Assembly: GCA_965603825.1 (NCBI GenBank)
Contig: CBFDEM010000051.1
Span: forward strand, 496,001-560,000
Direction of reading: 5' to 3'
DNA from: Blepharisma stoltei ATCC 30299
Taxonomy: Eukaryota > Protista > Ciliophora
DNA length: 64,000 nt
How positions within the stretch are numbered: the stretch's first letter is position 1; every line of letters begins with the position of its first letter. The notes beneath the pieces were generated by a model, which was not told the origin of the DNA, did no database searches, and saw nothing but the letters and a program-made list of their open reading frames with translations. A program made the translations under genes and the position numbers. Below, one piece after another: positions 1-11,488 of this stretch.

Positions 1-60
1 CAGCGAGCATAAAGTGCTTCCTAGACTAAAAAACACAATTTTGTCTATTGCTCCTGCCAT
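1..60 (-). CDS. 5' end of an unidentified gene running off the left edge (MAGAIDKIVFFSLGSTLCSL...)
   Basis: ATG at 60-58 after an AT-rich leader; open to the window edge, but only 20 codons are visible. Confidence 0.4.
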   Translation of the reverse strand, partial: MAGAIDKIVFFSLGSTLCSL

Positions 61-560
61 TAATTACAATAAAAATTTTATGTTATTTATGATAGATAAA
101 GGCTAAACAATAAAGGAACGTAGAGATAAGGAAAGAAAAAGAAGAGAAAAATTGATTCATTGCTTCTTAACTACAGATTTTATTTGGAAGTATCTATTGC
201 TTTATGAGCTCACGCACCAATGAATATTTTGAAAAGTCTCTCTTAGCTCATAGTTAGATTGCATTATTTGAGAAACTTAAGCAACAGAAAAATTTAAACT
301 TAGTCAGCCAACTCAAAAAATATGCTTATGTCAAAGTTTTCAAAACTAGTAGTAAATTCAATAAATTAATGTTTGAATCAGTCATTAGTATAAACATTCT
401 CTAAAGTGCTTCCAATAATATGCTATAATATCAAAGCTAGATATTAAAATTTTGGACACTGCTAATTTAAGATTCTAACTCAACTTAATTTTATAATAAT
501 CGACTGTAATTTCGGCAATTAATTTAATAATGAGGTAATGTAAACTAAACGCCAATCAAC

Positions 561-1724
561 CTATACAGCTCTATATGTTTTATTTCTAAAATCATATTCT
601 TCAGCGTAAATTTCATCCTTAAATGGTCTTGGAATTAGTTTCGGATTTAAAAACTCGGGCCCTGTGCGCTTAACTGCATCAATCTCTAATGGAAGTTTTG
701 CTAGTCCCACAACTAGCAGTTCCTCTTTATCAATTTGAGATAGCGGGATTGATTTCGAGCTCGTCATTTCCTGGCTAAATTTTTCTTGAAAATAATTTCA
801 ATCCCTAAAAGTCTTGCTTGAGGTTTTGGCCATACCTGGCTTTCGTATTATTTCTAGAGGTGATTTTGGTTTTTGAGAAATTCTTGTATAAAGCCCTAAA
901 AATTTTTGTCCCATAGGAATATAAGTTTCAAATTTTTGATTATTTGATTCTCTTAATGACATATATCACGAAAAAGAATTTGTCTCGTCTTTATCTGGCA
1001 GATTTCTATCAATTTCATCGAGCTCTTCAAGTTTTTCTCTATATTCAGTAGCTCTGTTGAAGAGTAGGTCTCCAGGCTTTTTCTTTGCTTTCGAACTCAA
1101 TTTTTTTTCCAACAAATTCCACTCATTTTGAACTTCATTATAATGGTTTAATATCCTTTGTTCTCTCCCTTGCCGTATTTTATCATAAATTATCATACTT
1201 GATAGCTTTTTAGCTCCTGTAGTCGATTCAAGCTTCGAGTTATTTTCAATTTCAAGTAATCTCTCTTTGAATTTTTCTTCATAATTTGTGTGGTCCCTCG
1301 TATTGAAATTTAATCTTGTCGAAGTTTTACTCAAACCCTTTCCGTTTGTTTTTTCAGGTGTAGAGGGGCCGTTAGATTTAGGATTTGTAAATAGTTTTGT
1401 TGGCCCGATAACGCTGTAAGCGAGTAAGTTCCCTTTATTATCAAATTTGGGGAAAAAACTCTTTTTAGGAGTTGATGGGATTTTTTCTTGCAAGAAGCTT
1501 GTGACATCGCCTTCATGCTCTAGTGCAAAGTCTTCTTCGATCGAGCAAAGATTCTGAAAACTTTGATCATCGCTTCTAATCCTTTTAAGGAGTTTAAAGC
1601 TTTTTGAAGGCTTTATAATCTGAGGCAAACTATCGATTTTCATTTCATCTGAGCTTGAATTTCGCTTGATTCTTGCATGCTTCGGTTTTGGAAATTGAGA
1701 TACTGAGACAAGAGATTTTTCCAT
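561..1724 (-). CDS. MYCBP-associated protein (MYCBPAP)-like, about 387 aa
   Basis: ORFs 966-1799 and 561-767 join through two TGA=Trp codons. GNLLAYSVIG, KKPGDLLFNRATEYREKLEELDEID and SWYMSLRE...LEIIRKPG resemble the MYCBPAP N-terminal block. Start chosen at aataaaATG (1724). Confidence 0.6.
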
Positions 1725-1752
1725 TTTATTAAAGTTATCGCTAGTTAAGGAT

Positions 1753-2394
1753 TTATCGGCCTTCATCAATAAAGTTATTCCTTTTCTTGATGCAGACATA
1801 AATATAGTGAGAAGTGCTTCCTTCTTCTTTTGTCATAGCTGCAGTTGCAGATAGCACAGGCTTGGCAATTTGATACTCAAAGACGTTCCAAGAAAACTCT
1901 GGCTGCTTAAAATACCTATTCCTGTTTTCAGGTGGCGCATAACTTATTGATACATAAATCCCATCTGGCTTTAGCACTCTGTGTATTTGTGTTAACATTC
2001 TTTTTGCCATGATATTTGACCGGTCACCACAGAGAATTGAGTCTAAAGTCCCTTTATCAATTACTGCGTCAAAACTGCCTGTATCGAAATCCATTGACAT
2101 CACGTCTTTGCAGTCAAATTCAATGCCTTCTTTATCTTGATATAGGGACTTCATATCATCAATCACAATAGGAGAGTTGTCAATATTCATGATATATTGA
2201 TAGCCTTCTTTATGCATATCTTCTGCAAGTTTCGAATTCCCGCAGCCAACATTTAAAATTTTTTCATTAAATTTGATATATTGGGTTATAATGTCTTTTA
2301 TGCCTGACCACTTTTGGTACCAATCGAATTGCTCTTTTTTGTGCAAGTATCTTTCTTGCCAATATCCAAGTCTTCCATATTGGGCTGAAACCAT
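1753..2394 (-). CDS. Class I SAM-dependent methyltransferase, EEF1AKMT4/METTL13 N-terminal type
   Basis: YGRLGYWQERY, FDWY, ILNVGCGNS (motif I), FDAVIDKGTLD, HRVLKPDG. Start taken at ATG 2394; the track start is TTG. Confidence 0.9.
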   Translation of the reverse strand: MVSAQYGRLGYWQERYLHKKEQFDWYQKWSGIKDIITQYIKFNEKILNVGCGNSKLAEDMHKEGYQYIMNIDNSPIVIDDMKSLYQDKEGIEFDCKDVMSMDFDTGSFDAVIDKGTLDSILCGDRSNIMAKRMLTQIHRVLKPDGIYVSISYAPPENRNRYFKQPEFSWNVFEYQIAKPVLSATAAMTKEEGSTSHYIYVCIKKRNNFIDEGR

Positions 2395-3094
2395 TTTATT
2401 AGATAGTTCGAGAAATTGCAAATAGCAGCTTTATAATTGAAAGGATTATGCTTATTGAGTATTGATGCACCTTGCAACTTTTTTAGCTCGATTTAGAACT
2501 ATCAAAGGATCAGGATCTTAACCAGAATTTAATAATCTTATGAGATTTGCGTGAGGCTAATTATGACTTAAGATTAGAAGTGGATTTATTGGGCAAAATG
2601 TTTGAGGTAAGGTAGCTTTAAAGCAAAAGAGCTTTTCAGCTGTAGACCCTCGGTCATTTATGCAGGTACACATCGAAGATCTGAAAGCAGATTTCGTTGT
2701 TAAGCCTGCAATAACTAGTATCATAAAGAAATATGCACTCTATGGTGAATGTGTGCTGTTGCTCGGCTAAAATAAGTTTGGGTTTGCTGATCTTAATTTT
2801 TAGCAAATCAGTCAGAGACTCAAAACACCATAAATATGTTTATAATCGCTCCATTTATTTTGCAAAGGCTAAATTGATATCAAAAGCAAAAAGAATAATG
2901 CAAGTCTATTGAAGCTAAAATTATAGCCTTAATCTGCTTTATTGAGATATGTTTTATAAATATTTAAATGTAATTAAAATTAGCAACCAACATTAAATGA
3001 TATGCAATTCTAATAAAAAGAAGCTTATCTTGAATAAGGCATTTATTCGCAAGAATTTACTTCTTTAAATTAAATTGTTCAGGCTTAGGTTCAA

Positions 3095-3166
3095 GGCCGT
3101 TTGGTCTAGTGGTATGATTCTCGCTTAGGGTGCGAGAGGTCCCGGGTTCAATTCCCGGAACGGCCC
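3095..3166 (+). tRNA. tRNA-Pro (anticodon AGG)
   Basis: Acceptor stem GGCCGTT/AACGGCC, D arm with AGTGGTA, anticodon arm CTCGC-TTAGGGT-GCGAG, T arm CCGGG-TTCAATT-CCCGG, followed by an oligo-T Pol III terminator. Confidence 0.97.
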
Positions 3167-3355
3167 TTTTTAGCATTAAATTAGTTTATTAACATTCAAA
3201 AATAAAATTCAAACATCAAGATGAACTAAAATGCATCAATATTTATCATACAGAAAATTATCTTATAGCCATAAAGCAGTTTTAATTTAATTTTACTTCT
3301 ATAGATATTTGAAAAAAATTATTATAGAGAATTGCTGCTTGAAAATTCTAAATAA

Positions 3356-5395
3356 ATGGAAAAGCTCATCCCACTTTTCAATAAGCTGCAAGAAGTCTTA
3401 ATATCTGCTAATATTTCCCACATCATCAGTTTACCACAAATAGTAGTCGTGGGATCTCAATCTTCAGGCAAAAGCAGTGTTCTTGAAAGTATTGTCGGTA
3501 GAGATTTTCTTCCTCGAGGCTCTGGGATAGTAACAAAATGCCCTCTCCGTTTAAAACTCGTAAAAAGTCAAGAAACTCACGAATATGGAATTTTTAAGCA
3601 CATCCCAGACACATTTTTTGACAACTTTGATGACATCCGTGAAGAAATAAAAAATCGAACCGCAGACCTTGTAGGCAATGGTAAATCGATTTCTACGAAA
3701 CCTATAGAGTTGACTATTTATTCTCCTAATGTCCTTGATATCACTTTGGTTGATTTACCAGGAATAGTTAAGATCTCAGTTTCAGGGCAAAGTAATGATA
3801 TTGAACAGAGCATCCGTAATATGATTATTGAGTATATTTCAAACCCAGATACCATAATATTAGCTATTTCAGCTGCTAATAATGATTTAGCCAATTCAGA
3901 TGCTTTACAGCTCGCCCATCATGTAGATCCAAACGGAGAAAGAACTATTGGAGTGCTCACAAAAATAGATATCATGGACCGAGGGACTGACGCTATTGAT
4001 ATGCTGAATGGCGCCGTTTTCCCGCTTAGGCTTGGATATGTAGGCGTCATGTGCAGAAGTCAGGAAGATATCAACAGAAACGTGACAATGAAGAAACATC
4101 TTTTGAAAGAAGAAAAATTCTTTAGAGAAAGCCCAGTTTATGGGAGGTATGCTGATCGGTTGGGGATCAAATATTTGACGATGAGACTTAATAAAATATT
4201 GCAAACTCATATAAATAATAGCATTCCTGCAATAAAGAAAAAAGTTCATGATGAGCTGGAAGCTAATTTGGAGAAATTAAAAGAGTATGGGGAAGCTTTG
4301 TCATCCAGAGATGCAAAAACAGGAGTTCTGTTAAGTGTCATACAAAAAGTAGCAAAGAGCTTTCAAGAAAATATTGAAGGGAAAAATGTGAGAAATGTCA
4401 CAGAAGAACTTATGGGTGGAGCCAGAATTAATTATATTTTTCATCAAATTTTTGTCAGCGGGATTTCAAAGATTGATCCATTACAAGAATTGAATGATCA
4501 AAAAATAAGAACTGCGGTCATGAATGCAACAGGACTTGGAAGCTCTTTGTTTGTTCCTGAATCTGCTTTCGAAATTTTAATCAAAAGCCAAATCCCAAGA
4601 TTGCATGAACCTAGCTTGAATTGTATGAATTTGATATATGAAGAACTGAAGAGCATTATGAGCAAAATTGAGATTCCTGAGCTTGAGAGATTTAAAAAGC
4701 TGAAAGATGCTGTTTCAGAAGTAATAAACCAGCTCTTAGCATCCAGACTTAAACCAACTAGGAAAATGATAGATCGTTTAATTGACGTTGAAGGTGCTTA
4801 TATCAATACACACCATCCTCAATTTATCGGTGGTTCTAAGGCTCTTGTAACGGCTCAAAGCCAATTAAGGCCAGCTGCCCAAGAACCTCTAATTGACAAA
4901 AGTATCCTTCCGCAGCCCATCATCCAGAAGAAAAAAGAGGAAACAATTATGACATCCTCTTCTTGGTTCTCATTCAGGGCTCAAGATGCCCCTAAGTCTG
5001 ACCAAGAGGAAGAAAAAATCCCTGAAAAGCCGAAAATTAGCTTCGATTTCGTTGGTCCTCCGTCAAATCTGCAGCCATCGTCAAAAATGACACCTGAAGA
5101 AAAAGAGCAAATTGAGATGATAAAAATTTTGATAAAATCATATTTTGACATTGTCAGGGTAAATATCGGGGATTTAGTGCCAAAAACGATTATGGGATTT
5201 TTGGTGAACAGATCAAAAGATGAGCTTCAAAGAGAGTTGGTTAAGAAATTGTATAAAGAAGAGCAGTGTGACGAGTTGTTGGAGGAGTCTGATGGGATTA
5301 CACAGGAAAGAGAAAAAGCCCACGAGGCTGCAGACGGGCTGAGAAAGGCAATTCATATTTTGAATGAAGTAAGGGAGTATAAAATTAGTGAGTAA
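3356..5395 (+). CDS. Dynamin-related GTPase (Drp1/Vps1-like, no PH domain), 679 aa
   Basis: LPQIVVVGSQSSGKSS, DFLPRGSGIVT, DLPG, TKID; middle domain; GED with IKSYFDIVRVNIGDLVPKTIMGFLV. Confidence 0.96.
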   Translation: MEKLIPLFNKLQEVLISANISHIISLPQIVVVGSQSSGKSSVLESIVGRDFLPRGSGIVTKCPLRLKLVKSQETHEYGIFKHIPDTFFDNFDDIREEIKNRTADLVGNGKSISTKPIELTIYSPNVLDITLVDLPGIVKISVSGQSNDIEQSIRNMIIEYISNPDTIILAISAANNDLANSDALQLAHHVDPNGERTIGVLTKIDIMDRGTDAIDMLNGAVFPLRLGYVGVMCRSQEDINRNVTMKKHLLKEEKFFRESPVYGRYADRLGIKYLTMRLNKILQTHINNSIPAIKKKVHDELEANLEKLKEYGEALSSRDAKTGVLLSVIQKVAKSFQENIEGKNVRNVTEELMGGARINYIFHQIFVSGISKIDPLQELNDQKIRTAVMNATGLGSSLFVPESAFEILIKSQIPRLHEPSLNCMNLIYEELKSIMSKIEIPELERFKKLKDAVSEVINQLLASRLKPTRKMIDRLIDVEGAYINTHHPQFIGGSKALVTAQSQLRPAAQEPLIDKSILPQPIIQKKKEETIMTSSSWFSFRAQDAPKSDQEEEKIPEKPKISFDFVGPPSNLQPSSKMTPEEKEQIEMIKILIKSYFDIVRVNIGDLVPKTIMGFLVNRSKDELQRELVKKLYKEEQCDELLEESDGITQEREKAHEAADGLRKAIHILNEVREYKISE

Positions 5396-5784
5396 TTAAG
5401 AAATTAAATGGCATAATTTCTTGAAATCTTATAAATGGTTCATGGAAATCGGTTCAGGACTGATCATTATGCAAATAACCAATTCTTTAACTTATAAAAA
5501 TTCTCCGAACTAAAGCTGGCTTATTTAAAAAAACACTTATTGATTATCCTTTCCCCCTTCGCTTTGCCTCAATATCAAGTATTTGACTAAAAAAATTTTG
5601 ATTCGAAAATAATCATTTCCATTATGTATTTTTTCCTTATCCCACCAATAGTCATTTTTTACCTCTTCCCTTGCCTATTTTCACTGAAAACGTATCCTAT
5701 CAGAATTCAAAAACCATGCTTAATTATGATTCGCTATTTAATTCATAAATAGGTCTGACGCGATCTATCCTTTACAATGAATTT

Positions 5785-7194
5785 ATGCAAATGGATTCAC
5801 AAAACGATCCCCAACCAGTACAAGACAATAATATGAATACACATACACACACAAACTTAAACGGAAGCACACACTCGTCAGTTCAAAATATTGACAATGA
5901 CATTCGTGTCGCTGTCATAGGAAACGTTGATTCAGGGAAATCTACATTGGTCGGCGTTCTCACTCGTTGTATTACAGATGATGGTCGTGGATCTGCTAGA
6001 AGCTATGTATTTAATTATAAACACGAGCTCTCTAATGGTCGTACTTCGAGTATTTCGCATGAAATTATGGGATTTTCTCCAAACGGCTCACAAGTTTCAC
6101 CTGAGCACTTGACAGATTCTAAAAACAAAACTTGAAACTATATTGTCGAAAATTCTAGTCATGTAGTTACGTTTTTAGACTTGTGTGGACACGAAGCATA
6201 CTTAAAGACCACAATTTTTGGGCTTGTAGGGTTGATGCCTGACTATGCTATGATTGTGATAGGAGCGAATATGGGACTTACAAGAATGACAAAGGAGCAT
6301 ATTGGCCTTGCATTAGCTTTGAAAATTCCTATGTTTTTTGTATTCACGAAAATTGACATTGCCCCAGAAAATGTTTATAAAGAAAATATTGCTTTGCTGA
6401 CTAAAGTTATCACAAATCCAGCCGCAGGAAGCAGACTTCCTTTGCACATAGATGATAGTACTGATGTCACTGATCTTTGCAACATGATGGAGGCAAGAGT
6501 TTGCCCAATCTTTACTGTTTCTAATGTTACTGGACAAGGAATAGAGAAGTTGAGACAGTTTATGTTTAGATTGGAATCAAGGACAATGATAAGTGGAATT
6601 TTTGGAAAAAATGATGACCCAGTTGAATTTCTAATTGATGGCGTCTATATGGTAACTGGAGTTGGACTTGTTTTATCTGGGATTCTGAAGTCTGGCACTG
6701 TAAGACTTAACGATAATTTGATGTTGGGTCCTGATAAAACTGGCCAATATAAAAGCATTACTGTTAGAGGAATCCACATTAAAAGGGTTGCAGTTGATTA
6801 TGCAATTTCTGGGCAGTCAATTTGTTTGAACATAAGATCAAATAACAAAAAGGAACAATTAAAGAGAAATATCGTGAAAAAAGGCATGGTAGCAGTTGAT
6901 AGAGCATTATGTATGGAAACTGCTTGGGAATTTGACGCAGAAATTGTGGTTCTGCATCATGCAACTACTATCCGGCCTAACTATCAGCCAATAGTGCATT
7001 GTGGAATTGTAAGGCAAGCTGCAAAAGTGATGAGCATGAATAAAGAACTTTTAAGAACAGGTGATACAGCTCTAGTTCATTTTAGATTCATGTTTAGCCC
7101 AGAGCTCATCCATCCAGGGATGACAATCTTATTTAGAGAAGGCAGAACCAAAGGACTTGGTGTCATTTCACAAGTTTATTCTATGAGTAACTAA
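5785..7194 (+). CDS. GTP-binding protein GTPBP1/GTPBP2 family (EF-Tu superfamily), about 469 aa
   Basis: GNVDSGKSTL, HELSNGRTSS, FLDLCGHEAYLKTTIFGL, TKIDI, FREGRTKGLG. Two track ORFs join via TGA=Trp at 6133-6135. Confidence 0.94.
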
Positions 7195-7217
7195 ATGATA
7201 GTTAAATTATGCATTTT

Positions 7218-9122
7218 TTAGTTTATTTTTTTATTTATTTTTCTTTTTATTGATTTCACTACTCGGAAAATCTCCTTTTGATTTTTCAAAATTATTTTCA
7301 TCAATTTTTCTTGCTTATTTTCTTCAGTATCCTCTGTTTGTAGCCAAGAGCTGCTGAATTTAGATGGAGATCTTTCATTATTAATGTCTATTGTGCTTTG
7401 TCTGAATTGCTTTTTTAGCTCCTCTTGATCAAATTCAGCATTTCCTATCGTTTCTAGTAGTTCTCCGATTTTCATTTCGCGGTTTAATGATTTTGTGAGC
7501 AGATCGTTTTTCTTTTCAGGGTACCCTTCATTTAGCATAAGCATAAATGCTTTCCTCGGCACAGCTAAAGCTTGCACAGGAGCTTCTCCAGCGGCGACAT
7601 AATCAATTGATACTGGAGCTTTTGTTATGCATGAATAGTCTCCAATAACAGTTCTTCCACTTGAAAACTGAAGCAAGACTTTAGGAGCCCCATTAGCAAA
7701 GGTTTTACAATTAACTTTTCCTTTTGTAATAAAGAGTACTTCGTGAGCTTTTGTGCCCCTTTGTAAAATAAGCTCTCCGGGCTGGAAGACTCTAGGTTGA
7801 AAATGAAATGCCAAATCATATTTAAAATTCCCTTGGCCGAGATACTCTTTAAACCAAAAAAAAACGTCGGAATATAATCGGTTTATTATTGAATTTATAA
7901 TCGATCTAGGAAGCCACTGTAGATACTCGTGATCTATAGCAATAAGATCTTCATATGTTTCTGCTTTCCAATATTTTCCTGCAATATCTTTCAATCTGTT
8001 ATGTTCTTTATAGTTAGCAAAATGGCAAACAATTTGAGCCCTAAGCTCTACTGGGATATCTCCATGTTTTTGTTCCAAATTTACAAGCCATTCATTTAGC
8101 TCTGCACTGTGGTCTGGTTCTGATAGAATTTCATTGAATTCTGAAACTGTGCTATTAAAAGTTGCCATAATAATAGAATATGCTGCTATCCCAATAATAA
8201 TTACTACGATCATGAATCCTTTTTCATATAAATTTACAGGCAAGAGATCTCCAAATCCAATTGTTAAAAGAGTAGTCGAAATATAATACATCGTCCTCAG
8301 CAACTTTTTGCTGTCTGAAAAGTGTTGCAAGTAAACGTCATCAAAATTGTGATCCCATTTCATGTACCAGCCTCTAAATAAGCAGGCTGTTGCATATATA
8401 AAAGTAAGCATAATGATTAGAAGCTGTGACAGCCTTCATGTCACATCAAAGATGAATCGGATTAAGTTTAGGTCATTTCCTTGCTTTGAAAATTTTATTA
8501 TCTTGAATAAAGAACTCAAAAACTTGTACTGTAAGTTAAGGATTCGCGAGAATTTTAAGAATCTTAATAGTCTGATGATATATTCAACGTCTGGGTTAAT
8601 GAATCTTCACGGCATTAGGCAGATTAAATCGACTAAAAATCAAGATTTTAAATATCTAATTGCTATAGATCGATGCGATATAATAAGGTTATCACAGTAA
8701 TCTTTATAGTCAGTAAAAAAAGAAAATATCAGATCAGCACCAAAAATGCATTGCATAATCGTATCTCATACCAAAGTGCCACCTTCTGGTGGGGTAAATG
8801 CTAAAAAATGCAAGCAGCTTCCAATTGAGTAAATAAGTAAAAAATCAATAAATGTGTTAAAAATGACCTTCCATTTGGTATTGTTATGGATGATAAATCG
8901 AGGCTTTTTGAAAGAATCCTTTAAAATCTGCTGATTGATAATTCTTTTTATTCCTTTAATATGATCAAATTTTGGTTTCATGCCAGTTGCAATGGAATAA
9001 AGCTTATGGCGCTTATGAGGTTGAGTATTATACAGATTTCCCATAAGGAGCTTTGAATGCTCAGAAAAATTATCATTTTGGTCTGTAGGCAGAGATTCTG
9101 CTGTTGCTAATCATCTCTTCAT
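7218..9122 (-). CDS. 6-TM CNBD-family K+ channel, paralog 1 (about 634 aa)
   Basis: Continuous frame when TGA=Trp, starting MKRWLATAESLPTD. S4 RLLRFLKFSR, pore TTLLTIGFGDLLP, C-linker and CNBD-like fold. Confidence 0.9.
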
Positions 9123-9226
9123 TTAAATTAATAGATTTTATTAAATTCAGATATAGCCAGCTTAAAAATGAATTAAATATATAAAAAACGATATTACAAA
9201 TTTAAAGCTCTTTATAAATCCGATCG

Positions 9227-11260
9227 CTAATCGTCTTCATTTTCAAGTTTTTTTTTTGCAAACTCATCACTAGGCACAGATGTATGCGTTCGAGATAGAT
9301 TAAATCCTTTTTTACCTTCTAGATCGCTTACCTCCATGGTCTTCAAAAGCAATCTTTTTTTAGAAATATTTCTCTTGATAGCCCTTATTTTTCTTTTCAA
9401 GTCATGCTCACACTTCTGTAACTTTTTCTTAATTTCAGCTTCAAAACTGTCTTCAGCACGAACTATTGGAGTTGTTTCAAAATAATCTGCTGCCATACTT
9501 GACCTTCTTAAATCAACGTCTACAATTTCAGAGTTTTTATTTACAAGATCACTTCTATTTCTTCGGTTAAGCTTTTTCTCTGCCTGAGCTATTGCAAGTT
9601 GAATTTTATTTTCTCTGTTTGTAGATTTAATAATCAGTTCTTTTTTCTTGACAGGATATCCTTCATTTAAAATTAATAAAAATGCTTTTTTAGGTACAGC
9701 GAAAGCCTGAACTATACTTTTGCTTTTTATTACATAATTGACAGATACTGGGGTATTCATCAATATAGAAAAATCGCCTACCACAGTTCTTCCTTTATTA
9801 AATTGCAATATTGTCTTATATTTGCCATTTATTAAAGTTTCGCATATAACCTTTCCATTTAAAATAAAAAGCACTTCTTTGGCTTTTTCTCCTTTTTCAT
9901 ATATCCTCTCTTCTGGTTCAAATAATCTAGGCTGGAAATGGAATATTAAATCATATTTAAAATCTGAATTTCCAAAGTAGTTTTTAAACCAAAAAAATAT
10001 ATCTGTAAATAAAGAATTAAAAATGTTTTTTATCAGAGATTTTGGTAAATGCGTTAAATATTCATTTTCAATAGTCGCTATTTCATCATAAGTTTCAGCA
10101 GTCCAATATTTTCCAGCTAAGTCCTTTAAGCGATCGTTTTCTCAATAGTTGACAAAATGTTCAATAATTTTTGTTCGAATATCTTTTGGGATTTCTCCAT
10201 GCTTTATTTCAATAGAATTAAGTCAAGACTTCAAGTCAGAGTTTCAGTCTGGCTCAGATAGTATAAAATTGAACTCCGAGACTGAACTAATAAAAAGTCC
10301 CATCGCGTATGAATAAAAGGCAATCCCAATAATAATGACAACTATCATAAATGCTCTTTCATATAAATTTACAGGTACATAATCGCCAAATCCTAGAGTT
10401 GCAAGGGTTGTTGTCATAAAGTAAAGTGTATGAAACAGTCTATTTGAAGAAGTTGCTTCTTTATCAAAATAATGGTCTGCAAAGTTATCTGGAAAGAAGC
10501 TGCTATATCAATAGAACAAGCATCCAACCGAGTATATAGAAAAACACATAATAATTAAATACCTCCAAAGATTTCTAATGCAGCCTATTAGAAAGCGGAC
10601 TTTATTTAAGTCATTTACTATTTTTGAAAATTTCATAATTTTGAACGAATCATTTAGCATTTTGTTAAATATTTTTAGCACTCGCTCAATTCGGAAAAAT
10701 CTTAAATTTCTGATTAAATATTCTAAATCAAACCAGATATAACGGAAAGGTATGAGACAGAGCACATCTCTAAAGAATCGAAATTTCATATATCGCAATA
10801 TAATCTTCCTATGTGAAACCACTGTATCCCCATTAGAATTTTGGTAGTCAGTAAAAAATTTTAATATTAAATCTACTCCAAATATACACTGCATTATTAT
10901 ATCAAGAGTTTCATATATATTTTCAGGTCTTCCAAATGCTAAATAAAATAAAGAGGTAATTAATGAATATCCGATCAAAAAATCAATAAAGTTATCATAA
11001 AGCATCTTTCACTTGGATTTATTGCTGATCACTCAACGAGATTTGTTCTTTTTTTTATTTAGTATAGTGTATTTCAACGATTTATGGAAAAAATTATCAA
11101 GAATTGATTTTCGATGATGATGGTTTGAAAAAAGCGTTTTTTGTCTCTTTATTTTGGCTATTTGATCGCTATATAATGTTCCCATAATCAAATTGATATG
11201 CTCGTATTGGCTTTCAACGTTATCTGTTGGCAAAGACTCACCGGTGATAATCTGTTTCAT
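9227..11260 (-). CDS. 6-TM CNBD-family K+ channel, paralog 2 (about 677 aa)
   Basis: Tandem paralog starting MKQIITGESLPTD. S4 RNLRFFRIER, pore TTTLATLGFGDYVP, CNBD-like domain; fragments join through TGA=Trp. Confidence 0.9.
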
Positions 11261-11488
11261 CTGGCAATTTTATTTAAATATATTTATTAATTTTATCAAA
11301 TATAGAAAAGCATATATGCTAACTAAATGTGCGTCAACAATTAATAAATTTGTAAAAAAGCTAAAATATATTTTTCATTAGATTTTAGATTACTTATTTT
11401 AGAATTTCTTGCTATAGCATGTTGATATTATTATATATCTATTTAAAAAATAATATAATCTATTCGAATCATAGTATGAAAATTTATT

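Noticed and set aside
2598-2770. Slightly GC-richer stretch with a 36-codon ORF upstream of the tRNA
   Set aside because: Too short, with no recognisable motif or RNA structure.
5520-5720. Purine-rich minus-strand stretch that looks like decayed coding sequence
   Set aside because: No start codon, interrupted by stops, no homology recognisable.
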